NCBI GenBank assembly: GCA_002269645.1
Contig: NIVC01001895.1
Coordinates: forward strand, 122,772 to 186,771
Source: Macrostomum lignano
Lineage: Eukaryota
Length of the DNA: 64,000 bases
Reading direction: 5' to 3'
In this document: positions 35,274 to 48,080 of the stretch, one piece after another
How the letters are laid out: each line of letters starts with the position of its first letter
Numbering within the stretch: position 1 is the stretch's first letter
Made by a program: the position numbers and the translations under genes
Notes under the pieces: model-generated
Told to the model about the DNA's origin: nothing
The model's input: the letters and a program-made list of their open reading frames with translations, nothing else
The model's database searches: none

Positions 35274-36052
35274 CTACTCGGCAGCCTTTTGGATCTCCAT
35301 GGGAACGTCCTTGATCTGCGGCGGCTGCTTGGCTGGCGGAGCCTCGAACGGCGCCTCGATGCACAGCTGGCCGTCCTGACTCAGCTTGCTGGCCACCTGA
35401 TCCAGCTTGGTGCCGGCGGGTAGCTGGAACTCTCTTTCCAGCCGCTTGTGGATCCGCTGCCCGTTCGACTCGTCCTTGTGCTCAGCCTCGACTCAGACGC
35501 GGTCGCCCTGCTGCTGGATGCGAATCTCGTCCAGCTTGAACTCGCGCACCGACAGCTCCGCCTTGAACCGCTTGGTGCCGTCGTCGGCCTCCACCAGCTG
35601 GCCGGACTGCAGGTCGCCTCGCAGCAGGCCGCGCAGCTCGTCCCACACCGAGTCACCCTGCCGCTGCTGCAGCTGCTGCTCCTTGAACGGCGCCTTCAGC
35701 ACCAGCATGCCGTCCTGGGTGAAGCCGCTGCTCAGCTTCTCAGCGTCCACCTCCTCCGGCAGGTCCACCGTCCGCTTCACCTCCGTCACGTCGTCGCCGT
35801 TCTCGAGTCGAGCCACGACGCGCACCTTTCGGTCCTGTCGCTTCACCGACACGTCCTTGGGCGAGAAGCCGCGAAGGTCGACAGTCCGGGACCAGTGGCG
35901 CGGTCGCTTCGGACCTCGGTGACACCACAGGTGCACCAGCGGGTCGTACTCAGGCGTCAGCCAGTCGTCCAGCTCGCTCATGGCTGTCACAAGCGGCAGC
36001 GCGTGCGAGAACAGCGTGAACACGTTCGAGAGCGACAGATCCAGAGCGACAT
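35274..36052 (-). pseudogene. Small HSP pseudogene (duplicate of 23679-24476)
   Basis: Near-identical to copy 1, but has a +2 frameshift after codon 5 (GGATCT-GTCGCTCT-CGAACG vs GGATCT-CCCCCA-CGAACG), a CGA>TGA nonsense at 35495-35493 in the second domain, a different C-terminus (MEIQKAAE*), and a ~150-bp promoter deletion. Confidence 0.85.
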
Positions 36053-36878
36053 TGTCGCTTGTAGAATGTCGGTTTGGTAGGTTTGCAAAGAAGAATTTTA
36101 TCAGTACAACACAAAAAATAGGGAAAAATGTTGACATTTCTACTATCAGTAAGCTAAACGAACTTGTTTGAATTTTTTAATACTGAACTATATTGAACTG
36201 TTCAATGTCTAACGTTCTAGAATACCGTTGAATTGCTTACGACAGATCATAAACACTTTTCTGGAGAAATTGACTTGTAGTTTCGATCCACGTAGGTTGT
36301 TGCCTACTTCTGAAATCACACATCATTGGAAGGATATACAGACAAACCATTTTGGATGCACAAGAATTTCCCACAGGAAGTTTTACCGCCGAGGTTTTCT
36401 TGCAGGGTTTTTACAGTCAAATCCAGTCTATAGACAGTGCTGGACTAGATTAGAACTTGCCTTGACTAGACATAAACTAGACTAGATTACAAATCCGATT
36501 GGAATTGACTTGGCACACCTGCCATATTTCCCACTTGATGATTGGTGGTTGCTATCCAAGAAAACAATGGTCACCCACTTCAATGCAGGACACTTGAATA
36601 CTTGAAATCGTATTAAAGACGCGATGTCACAGTTTCTGAAGTGTCTTGTAGCCAATCAATCAAAAGTCTATCTGTCAAATTTTTCATTTTACAAGCTGGT
36701 GAAAACCCTAACTGTCAGTGGATAAATGACCTCACCTCTCAATCATGGCGGGTAAATAGAGAACTCAATGAATAGAAATTAAGAATTCAAGTTTGCAACC
36801 TCCATTTCCTACTATAAAAAAAGGAAAACCAGATATTTATCTGCAAATCTTATACAATCGGCTAAGTTAGAGTTAGCA

Positions 36879-39800
36879 ATGACCCTAGCAACGGTTGCCA
36901 CGGCCGTACTGCTGCTGCAGCTGACGGCGCCAAGTGCCTGCAGCGAGCCCGATCAGTACCTGTACTCACCAGACCAGGCGCACTGGGACAGCGGCAAAGC
37001 CGCAGAGTCCGGACAGCCGGCCGCGCTGGTGACCGCCCGCTCGGACATCGAATGCGCGTCCGAGTGCGAGGCCGCGTCCCGCAGCTGCGTCGGGGTCGCC
37101 TGGTGCCCTCGCGACGAGTCCGCCGGAGACTGCCGGCTTCTCGGCGACACGGTAGACGCCTCCGCGATGCCGTCCGGGTGTCGGGTGCTGGCGCTGAGCA
37201 ACAGGCGTCGAGGTAAGCAGCGGTCCGAGCTCGAATAAGAGCTCTCAAAATTAACGAAAAACTCTATGGCTGCATGACTTGATTATTGATTCTATGGCTT
37301 GATGACTTGATTATTGATTCTATGGCTTGATGACTTGATTATTGATTCTATGGCTTGATGACTTGATTATTGATTCTATGGCTTGATGACTTGATTATTG
37401 ATTCTATGGCTTGATGACTTGATTATTGATTCTATGGCTTGATGACTTGATTATTGATTCTATGGCTTGAAGACTTGATTATTGATTCTATGGCTTGATG
37501 ACTTGATTATTGATTTTATGGCTTGATGACTTGATTATTGATTCTATGGCTTGATGACTTGATTATTGATTCTATGGCTTGATGACTTGATTATTTTTCT
37601 ATGGCTTTATGACTTGATTATTGATTCTATGGCTTGATGACTTGATTATTGATTCTATGGCTTGATGACTTGATTATTGATTCTATGGCTTGATGACTTG
37701 ATTATTGATTCCATGCCTGGGGAATTGATTATCGAGCTCAATCTGTGAATCTCCGGTCCGCAGTGAGTGGTGGCTGGTGTCCCTGGAGCTCGTGGACCTC
37801 CTGGAGCGCCGCCTGCCACGCCGCTCAACGCCTCCGCGGTCGAAGCTGCCGATGCCCGAGTCCGCAGGCTCCTGCCGCCGGGGCCAACTGCGAGGACCGC
37901 ACAGCCGACGGAGGCGACTCGCAGAACGAGCAGCGCTTCATCGGCTGGTGCGCCTGGGAGGACTGGGCGACCTGGAGCTCAGGTGAGGCTTCAGAGCCGT
38001 TTTGAACATCTGTGACCAAACAGTTCGGTAATGAGCTCTCTGTGACCAAACACTTTGCTAGTGAGCTCTCTGTGACCAAACACTTCAGTAGTGAGCTCTC
38101 TGTGACCAAACACTTTGGTAGTGAGCTCTCTGTGACCAAACACTTCGGTAGTGAGCTCTCTGTGACCAAACACTTTGGTAGTGAGCTCTCTGTGACCAAA
38201 CACTTTGGTAGTGAGCTCTCTGTGACCAAACACTTCCGTAGTGAGCTCTCTGTGACCAAACACTTCCGTAGTGAGCTCTCTGTGACCAAACACTTTGCTA
38301 GTGAGCTCTCTGTGACCAAACACTTTGCTAGTGACCTCTCTGTGACCAAACACTTTGCTAGTGAGCTCTCTGTGACCAAACACTTTGCTAGTGAGCTCTC
38401 TGTGACCAAACACTTTGCTAGTGACCTCTCTGTGACCAAACACTTTGGTAGTGAGCTCTCTGTGACCAAACACTTTGGTAGTGAGCTCTCTGTGACCAAA
38501 CACTTTGGTAGTGAGCTCTCTGTGACCAAACACTTCCGTAGTGAGCTCTCTGTGACCAAACACTTCCGTAGTGAGCTCTCTGTGACCAAACACTTTGCTA
38601 GTGAGCTCTCTGTGACCAAAAACTTTGCTAGTGAGCTCTCTGTGACCAAACACTTCGCTAGTGAGCTCTCTGTGACCAAACACTTCAGTAGTGAGCTCTC
38701 TGTGACCAAACACTTCGCTAGTGAGCTCTCTGTGACCAAACACTTCGCTAGTGAGCTCTCTGTGACCAAACACTTCAGTAGTGAGCTCTCTGTGACCAAA
38801 CACTTTGCTAGTGAGCTCCCGAAAAAAGAACTTCGCTGAAAACTTGCGCAACATTCCAGGTTGCAACTCGAACCAGCAACGCACCAGGGAGAGGAACTGC
38901 AGCTGCCCCATCGCTCCGGTAGCGACTCCGTCAACTGAGGCTTCTCAGACTGCCGCCAGGTTCATGGGCTGGTGCGAGTGGCAGGACTGGAGCACCTGGA
39001 CTACAGGTGAGCTTAGAGACAAATTCATTGCTTTGAAGTGAGTTTGGCAAATATTGTCAGTGCTAAACTGAAGTGGCTGGCTTTCTCTGGCTCTTAAAGG
39101 TAGCCCTCGCCCAAGACAAGAAGCACATTATAAGCATTGTCTACTGTATAAATATCGATAAATTACATGTAGATTCAGGAGTCAGGAGGCCCTTATTTAG
39201 AGTTTTTGCTCACAACAGACTTGCTTTTGGCTAAAAAAAGTAAACGATGGCACTTCAGTTTCACCGAGTGTGGATGACTTCTTAGGTATGTACCATGCAG
39301 ATAATGCTCACCAGTGCTCAAAAACATTTCTCCAGGCTGCAACTCGAACCAGCAGCGCACCAGGGTGAGGAGCTGCAGCTGCGTGACCACTGCCGTCGCC
39401 ACGCCGTCCACTGAGGCTTCTCAAACTGACTCCAGATACATGGGCTGGTGCGCGTGGCAGGGCTGGAGCACCTGGACTACAGGTGAGCTTGAGGATTGTT
39501 TGCGTAAAATGCCACAGTCAATCAGGGTTCGTTGTGTTTTCATTCGAATATCTTTTATTATTCACTGAGACAAGGGTTGAGCAACCTGCTAGAATTTTAC
39601 TAAATTGCTACTGCAGTACAAAGTAACAGAAAATTAAAAATTAAAAACGACTGGGTCTCGAATAAGGCCTTTGGTTTGATTTTGCGTTCGTTTACATTAA
39701 TATGGGGCTTGTATACGAAAATTTCGGTGTTGTGCAATTCATACTCATGAAAGCCAATTTTGAAGGCACAGGGAGTGTACATACCTGCAGCCTGCGACGA

Positions 39801-41110
39801 TTAGAAAGCCAGGGTCGCGCTGCGCACCATGTGTGAAGGTGTGCAGGAGTGCAGTACCTGCGTACAGTATTGCACGCTTTTATGCATGTTCTCAGGAGAA
39901 CTTGCACAGCGCTGGTTGAGATGACGATGACACTAGAGGCGTTGCTCTAGCGTGCCCACAGCTCAATTATGAATATTATTATATTACCTTAGGTAGTTGT
40001 TTAAAAATTTTGAAACAATTGAAATGCCACACATTCCAGGCTGCAACTCGAACCAGCAGCGCACCAGGGTGAGGAGCTGCAGCTGCGTCACCACCGCCGT
40101 CGCCACGCCGTCCACTGAGGCTTCTCAAACTGACACCAGATACATGGGCTGGTGCGCGTGGCAGGGCTGGAGCACCTGGACTACAGGTGAGCTTGAGGAT
40201 TGTGTACCTCTACCACTCTCAGTCAGGGTTTGTTTTGACTTCTTGCAAATTGGCTCAAATCCGTATCTGTTAAAGCTTCTGGATTATAAAATTAATTGTT
40301 TCACGTAGCTCATGTAATGCGATCACTGGACGTTAATATTGTCGCAGTGATGAGTTGAATTTTTCAAATTCTACAGCCAGAAGGTAATGCTGGATTGCAA
40401 ATAGATTTTTCGAGGCCAAGCGACCTGCTTAAATTTTTGTTTAAATTTAGGTTGCAACAAATTGAGGACAAAATTTTGCTAAACCAAGTCAGTGAGATGA
40501 TCAAATGCCACACATTCCAGGCTGCAACTCGAACCAGCGGCGCATCAGGACAAGGAGCTGCAGCTGCGTCACCACTGCCGTCGCTACGCCGTCCACTGAG
40601 GCTTCTGAAACGGACACCAGATACATGGGTTGGTGCCAATGGCAGGACTGGAGCACCTGGACTACAGGTGAGCTTGAGAAGTAATAGAACTAATAGAACT
40701 CAAACATATGGAGCCTCCGATTTTTTTTTGACCATGTGCATTGATAATCCCAGTGTGATAAATCATGATTGCTGTATCGTAGTGTTTTGAGTATCGAGTA
40801 CTCATAATTGTCATTTTAAGGCTGCAACGTGATTCAGCGGCGAACGAGGGGTCGAACCTGCGGCTGCATCACCGGCCCTGTCACTTCGCCGTCTACTGAA
40901 ACTTCTCAAACTAGCACTAGATTCATGGGCTGGTGCCCCTGGGACTCGTGGAGCAGCTGGTCTGGCTGGTACAAAAGCAACTGTGTCATCCTGTGGAAAA
41001 GAAAGAAGCGCACTCGAACCCGAAGCTGTAGCTGCACAGTGAGCTACACGTCAAGTCCGTCCACTTCGAACCTTGAGACCGACGAAACTCGCTGCAATTT
41101 TAAAGGATAG
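36879..41110 (+). CDS. Secreted PAN/apple + TSP1 repeat protein, copy B (7 exons, ~476 aa)
   Basis: Exons 36879-37212, 37764-37982, 38860-39006, 39336-39482, 40040-40186, 40521-40667 (four 147-nt exons), 40821-41110. All introns are phase 1 GT-AG and the frame is open. Confidence 0.9.
37275..37712. repeat. 28-bp intronic minisatellite, ~15 copies
   Basis: ATGACTTGATTATTGATTCTATGGCTTG; paralogous to 32015-32900. Confidence 0.95.
38010..38820. repeat. 30-bp intronic minisatellite, 27 copies
   Basis: TGTGACCAAACACTTTGGTAGTGAGCTCTC; paralogous to 31470-31740. Confidence 0.95.
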
Positions 41111-42048
41111 TCACTATTTTGTACAATGGGTCGAATCATCTTGAACGAAGACAAAGCGAACATCTGATCGACCGGCTTTCAAGGACTTATTGAACACCCT
41201 TTTCCTAAATTTTAGAACTCCTGCTAAAAGTACGTCTCTCTCCCAGAATATTCGCCGTTAATTTGTCGAATTTATTTTATTCAGACCGATAGGTGCAGCC
41301 GTGTCACCGATCTTTCTTTGTGTTACTGACGGCAAATTAACATTAGCTACAACTTTTTTGTTTTACATACAACTTTTAGATTATTAATCTTGAATAATTA
41401 AAACAAAAGCAAGGCATCAATAAATTAAATTTTTAATCGCCTTAAAATCTTTTTTTTCTGAATTATGAACAACAGAAATGACACGCAAACAAACGGTTTT
41501 TAACAAAGCACTTTTCGTCCAACCCCAGTAAAACTATTCAAATAAGATTATGTAGAAGATTATACATGCCTTTCGAGATATTTATAAAAATAGCTCCTGA
41601 AAAAGCTTAATCTCATATAAAACTTAGACAAATAAGTTTTACGGGATATTATATAATAAATCTTACCAAATAAAATATCTAAGAACGCAAATATTGCCCC
41701 GGAAAATATACCTTTTTGCAATAAATTTCGTCGTTTTTGCGTTCAATTTCGGCGCGAGCGCTAGTGTGCAGTCCAAACAACTGAGCCATAGACACTGGGC
41801 AACTTTTGCGTTCAAATTCGGCCTAAAAGGTACATTAGTATTAATATTTTATAAAATAAAATCTCTTAACTATATACCGTATCATCTACACACTTCCAAT
41901 TTCCAAGTTCAACTGGAGAACAACACTTAGCTACCATAGACAACACACAATAAAACAGAGACAAGCATAGAAACTTATAGCGTATTTACTATATTATAAG
42001 TATTGTAGCGTATTTCTATAATATTCTATAACATGCTTAAATATTCGT

Positions 42049-42244
42049 ATTCTAGAAAGTTCTCCAACTAAACAACGCGCGTACACGGTATAAGATAGCG
42101 TACAGTACAATACTTGTATTCTAGAAACTTCGCGTAAACACTCACTTGCTATATTTGGTATTTCGAACTCCCGCGCACCCTTTCTAGAAACTACTTCTAG
42201 AACTTTCCGGATTCCGGAATGTTCTATTAACACGAATATAAATA
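42049..42244 (+). promoter_or_regulatory. Cluster of heat-shock elements followed by a TATA box
   Basis: TTCtaGAAagTTC (42050-62), TTCtaGAAacTTC (42119-31), TTCtaGAA (42182-89), TTCtaGAActTTC (42195-207), TTCcgGAAtgTTC (42212-24) and TATAAATA (42237-44). Confidence 0.75.
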
Positions 42245-43819
42245 TACAGCACCCCAACACGCAATTATTCAACTCTCCTCCTTTTCCACACGGAAAACAA
42301 TCAAAGCAAAACCAAAGTAAACGAACCACCGCGTTTTACGTCTCGATTATTTTCGTGATCCTTACAAACTCCCTGACACTGTTTTAACAAAGTATGCATA
42401 CATCATGAACTTTAACTAAACATTTCGTTCATAAAGTTATCGTCAGCGTAATACCCCATTTAATTGTTGATGGTGACATTATAGTCCTTGTAGTTGTAAT
42501 TAAGCTGTCCTTTTGGACGTTTTCTAACCAAAATTGCACTCCCTTATTTGGACATCAGATCGTTCGATCGTAGCATCGCATTTAGACACATTTAGGCACA
42601 TTAGACATCTCTTATTCGCATAGTGGTGTTTTTTGCCAATAGTCCGGATGGGAAGTCGGCCTTCACCTTACGAGTAGCTGAGTCGGTAGAATCAAAGTAG
42701 ACAACATTTTTTTGGCTTTACTCTTGTGTAACTAACTAGCCAACTCAACTGATTTAGTCTTTTGAAACAGGTTTACGGTATAACAAGCAACATTTCTATT
42801 CTCTCAACTCGATTGACAGTTGCTCTCTGATCTATTGTCATAGCGCATGTGTTTCTTTCTTTCTCTAAGGACAAAATTTTATCTATTTGGATATTACAAT
42901 ATTAATATATATTGTAACATAATAATGTTAATATTAATATTAACAGATGAAGTCAATATGAATCATCTTCTTCAAGTCGTTAGGTAAAATACTTTATCAT
43001 TTGCAGTAAGGTTTATATAAAATTCAAAACTTTATCTGAGATTTCCAGCTAAAATTTATCAAAGTTCCAACTACACTTTACAGCACTTTTCTATAAATTT
43101 TTACAGAACTCGGTGGGTACTACGTACAAGGGTACCATCTAGATATGTGCAGTTCTATCCATGAGCTGAGGAACCAAGTTGATGCAGACGTCGTCCAACT
43201 CAGCAATTCTACTCTTAAGCCTTGACATCTACCCTTAAGCAATTCCCCCGTAAGCATTAACATCTCCGCAATCCCCCGAAGACTTGACATCTCCACAATT
43301 CCCCCCAAGCGCGCGGATACCTATGCAGTCATACGCACAGGCACACACTCACACAGGAGTGTACAGCGCCACTAACTTTATTTTCCGTTAGGCATGTACA
43401 CTTACTTCACTGTGCTTTGGAGGTTGGCCATCAAGGGCGTTAATTCCACGAGCAGAGCCAAGCCGAGATCCCAATTTAGCCCAAATTGATGTGACTGCAC
43501 TTGGAATCGAGTCTGGGCCACTGGTACATGTACATCAGAGCGCCGCGCTAGACCACTAGACCCCAACATATCTATATAGTATCTGCATGTCGATTCTTCA
43601 GGTGACAATCTGAGATACTGTCGCAACAACTTACTGAACTCCCTTGAGCTTTCAATCAAACAAATTTCCAACTGACTACAACTCAGAGTCTAATTTCTAT
43701 GGGTAGAAGCGTCGACGCAGTAAGTAAAGTTTAGAAAGCTACACTTGCATGAATACGCTTTAAAGCTACTGGTAAAATTATTTGAAATTAAAACATTCGT
43801 CACAGCATCCCGGAGCATC

Positions 43820-44858
43820 ATGGGCAGCACAATCTCGCACTTCTATTTCGTTCGTTCAGTCCTGCACTTCATCGGCCACGTTCGTCGCGTGGTGTTCCTC
43901 AGGCCCACCCTGCCGCAGGTAGTCGTATCCGAGCTGGTCTACCAGACCCACCTGGACCGCGATCGCGTCCATCACATGTTTCGCGTGTTCATCTCCTTGG
44001 CCCAGGCGAACGGTCGAGTGACGCCGGAGATTCTATCGGAGAGTCTGCCCGGTTGGTCGACTAATCCGCTGAAGTCCTACCTGAAACGGGCGATTTTCAA
44101 CGGCTCTGAGGCGGTCACGTTTCCCGAGTTGGTGAAACGGGTCGCCCTGTTTTGTCCCGAAAGCCGCTTCAGTCCCGTGGTTAGCGAACTGACCCAGGAG
44201 GAAGATGCCAGCTTCTTTGAGGGTGCCGCTAGTAAGAATGAGAGGTAAGTAGGTGAGTGACAGTGAGATAATGGGTGCAGTTAATTTGTTAGTTTGCGAC
44301 ATGAGTGAGTACATGGGTGATTGTGTATGAATAAGTTTTTGAGTAAGGGAAATGATGAGTGATTGAGTTGTCCTGTAATGAGTGAATGACTATAGGAGCT
44401 ACATGTATTCGTACTTCACAACCATGAGGACCAACCCCCAAGGCGCAGAGTGTTACATGCCTGCATGACAATTACTCCCGTAGAAAGTTGTAAAAAGATG
44501 TGGAATATCCTCACCCAGATTCCAAAGGAAGAGGCTGCTGATGCTGTTTGACCTGGCCAATCAGCGCAGGAACGGGCAAATCTCCTGCTCCGAGTTGGGC
44601 CGCCTAATTCGCTGCCTACTCAAGACTACAATCCCGGACGACACTCCGATGATAATTCCGCAAAAGGTGATCACGGAAATTGCTCAAGTTGTCATTATTA
44701 GTGTACACGAGAGAAACGAGGCCCATTGCTGGGCTGTGTGCCGCTCCAAGCAGCGAGAAGCGCTCCTGGCCGAGGAGGAGGCAATTCAAGGCTCCCATCG
44801 GATGGTCATCACTCGGGAGATGTTTCTGAGCGAGCTGAGTAGACAAGATTTCGCTTAA
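43820..44858 (+). CDS. Divergent calcineurin-B/CHP/NCS-like EF-hand protein, N-myristoylation motif, 2 exons, ~254 aa
   Basis: Exons 43820-44244 (MGSTIS...; donor AG|GTAAGT) and 44519-44858, joined in phase 2 to give RFQRKRLLMLFDLANQRRNGQISCSELGRLIRCL (cf. KLRFAFRIYDxDKDGYISxxEL). The EF loops lack canonical Asp residues. Acceptor TCACAG lies 14 nt before the ATG. Confidence 0.68.
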
Positions 44859-45302
44859 CATACTACTATAGATAAGGCAGATTAATACTTTAGTAGTATC
44901 ATAGTCGAAGCGTCAAATCTGCACTTTTGGTGTTTCATGAACGATTGAAGTTTAAAAATTCTAACTAACTAATCAATCATTTTGACACATTGAAGCCTAT
45001 CATTAACAATTTGCTATCCCCTGTTAAATTAGTACTGTTCTCCCCTGGGAAATGTGCGAATTTGTTCTGTACAGCGCAATCCGCCGTCCGCTGGCAAATA
45101 TGTAATTTTACATTGCACCGACATTCAGCCAACGGGACCGGCGTTGCTGCCGTTCGGATTGCTGTACTGCACTACATTTACGGGTGTACCTCCCGGTTGT
45201 AAAAGTTCTCTCTGTTTTGGAACTCCCGTCCAAGCCGTAAAAGTTTCATGTATTTTAGACTTTATGCAGTACATACAGTAGATGTATGTGGCATGATTCA
45301 AG

Positions 45303-46237
45303 TGAAGTAGACGCCGTTAGCTTCCCAGTTTAGGCCCTTAAGTTCACCTTAAGTCTCGAGCCTCTTCTGTGGGAAGTCTTCTTAGCTCTTAGTAGCGTAG
45401 GTAGTGCTGCCACCAGTTCCTTCAGGTCTCGGCCTTCGGTGAGGTGAGCTTCCCGTCGGAACGAAATAAAGAAGTCAACGAACTCAGCACCGTGTGCAGA
45501 TTTGCAGCTCAACGTGCAGGGCGTCTCGTCAGCAGATCCTGCCGGGCTTGGTGAGTGGATGGGAGGGCTGTGTTAGCCTCTCGTAGGCTCGGGGTTGGCT
45601 TTAGATGGGTCTCAGTCAGGCCAATAGCAGAGAACTCAATGTACGCAGACAGAGAACGGGCGTTCAATCTCAGACAAGGGCTCACACAGGATCTTGGAAG
45701 ACGAAACTCGCACGAAAGACTATGTCTCGGAAAACCAGTTGACGGAAACAAGGGGGAGAGGGGTCCTATTTATAGCAGCGCTCACCAGACCTCGTGACTT
45801 GTTCTATTTTTAGAATTGACGTCACTTGAGGTCTCCGGGCAGAGTGCACCAGGCTGTGACTCAGTATCTATTTTTAGAAAGATGAGTCGACCACTCCTCT
45901 CCTTAGAGAAGGGAAGGGCCTTAGGCACGTGATTCTCCCGGTAAGCAGGACCAGCGCGAGTGCAGTAAACATGTTTACTACACTTTAGGACTCCAAGAAG
46001 CAAGACCTGTCATGTGACTTGCTCAACCAAACAAGGACAGCCCACAGCAGAGGAGCTGAAGGCCGAGAACAATAAAGGCACAGGAAACGAACAGAAGGGA
46101 GAGAAGGGGCAGCAAACAGGCAGCCAAAAGGGAAGCGGGAAGCTGACCAGCGGCAGACAGCAACCCAGGGCAAGAACAAGGGTGAGGGGACTGCTGACAA
46201 AGGGGGACGCCTTACACTAAACTAGCGGCTCACTACA
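45303..46237 (-). mobile_element. Solo LTR (935 bp)
   Basis: TG...CA termini (TGAAGT / ACTACA, imperfect inverted), 4-bp TSD CAAG at 45299-45302 and 46238-46241, internal TATAAATAGG on the minus strand (~45770), no long ORF. Confidence 0.7.
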
Positions 46238-48080
46238 CAAGTAAGAGAGAGTATTACTTATTGGCGCAAAATGTGCAAATGTCGACATTTTCCAAAAGTA
46301 AAACTGTACATATTGACTAATTCACATCTACGCATATGCATTTCACTGTGTGCACGACACGAGCGTAAAGACGACCGTGAACAATTCGATTAATTCAGCA
46401 CCCGTCACTACAGAGACGGTGTATGTACAGTCAAATTATTGTCGCCCCTAGCTATTTGAGTTCATTCAAAGTATACATGTAAATTACCGGGCTGAGGGCA
46501 AAAAGCTAAGGGCGCCTGGGATATAATAAGCTTATCATTCCAGTGGGTAAGCCACGGTTGAATCAACCGGATGGCACTGTTGAGGCCATTGATCGTTGCT
46601 TCTCATCGAAGAATTACCCGTTACATGTACGTGTTGTTCCGTGAAACAACGTTGGGCCAGCGATGGGTCTCGATGGTTGAACTACATGCAAATCGACGCT
46701 CTTAAGGCTCTTATAATAATCGGGAGTCCCAGCTCTTTATATGCATCAGTCTCTCGGCTGCTATTTAATTAGGGTATATTAGGGTATATTTTGATCACCG
46801 AAACAAATACAGTACATTTAGTATCTGTGGGGAGGACTCAGTCTTAGTCTTAGTGGTTCTCCGCTTGTGGAGCTAGTTCTACAAAGCATGCACCGCGTAA
46901 AATTAAATTATCGGGTCGAGTAAAGAAACATACTTTCTTAATTTTATAAAATGTGTTAACAACGTAAAGCGAAAACACTATAAATTTTGCTTATTAAAAG
47001 CCTAGTTTTGTTCTACTGTTGTTCTACTGGTTTCTTGGAATACGCCAAATTTTACACGCGCAGTGGATCAGGTCATGTATAATGTACTGTACTGAGTACT
47101 GGGCGACTGGCCAATGGTTCAATGCCAAGGGGACTTGACAAAACGTAGTTCTTAGACCTTTTTCAGTTTCCTGCAAACTCATTTATTTACTCACTGAACT
47201 TAAAAGTTACCAGGTCCAATTGACTCCTATCTACATGTCATACAACGTCGACAGTCGACATAACATAACTATATTTAGCTCTAACACTAAGAAACATCAG
47301 ATAACTTTATTCGATTTTCGAATTCTGCTGTGCCAAAAAGAACTTAAAGAACTGGGACAAATAAACCATAAAGTTCAACTTAATTTCCTCGTATGTAACT
47401 GTGTAGACCTCGACACATTCATAGATATATTATATTATACAATAATATAGGCCCTAGGGCTAGGGCCTCAGTCGACAGTCTAAGGCTATAGCAGTAAGCA
47501 GTTATGTAGGTACTTATGTAGGCCTATGACTGTGTCTTAGGCCTATGTAGAAGTATTTTTTCATGTAGGCCTAGTTTATGTAGTCTGTAGATATTTGATA
47601 TTTGATAATGATAGGCCTAGGCCTACAGGCTAGGCCCCTACATTTTCATTTTTTGTCATTTTGCAATTTTTTCAACAAATCATTTTTGTCATTTTTGTCA
47701 CAGAAAAATATCTATCTTGCCTTTGTTTTTATTGTAGGCCTATGGTTATGGATTAGGTTGTGGGCAATGTAGGATGATAATTACAAACTATGGCTATCCT
47801 GTAGTTTTGCACGTTAAATTATTTTATGGAATTATTTCGCCCTCTATTCAAGGGTGGTGGGGGGTGGGGGTAATAATTTAACGTGCGAAACTACAGGATA
47901 GCCCAAACTATGTGAAGTGAATGTGAGTTTGCTATACTATATTGCTACATGTATGTTTTTAATTAAATACTTTTTTGTTTTAAAACATGATACTTATAGT
48001 TATAGAAAGTTAAAATACTAATACAAATAAATTAGAAAACAACTTTTAATATACTAAATTATAGGCCCCCTATCCACGGT

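Noticed and set aside
45330-46220. Several 60-80-aa ORFs
   Set aside because: All lie within the solo LTR delimited by TG..CA and the CAAG TSD.
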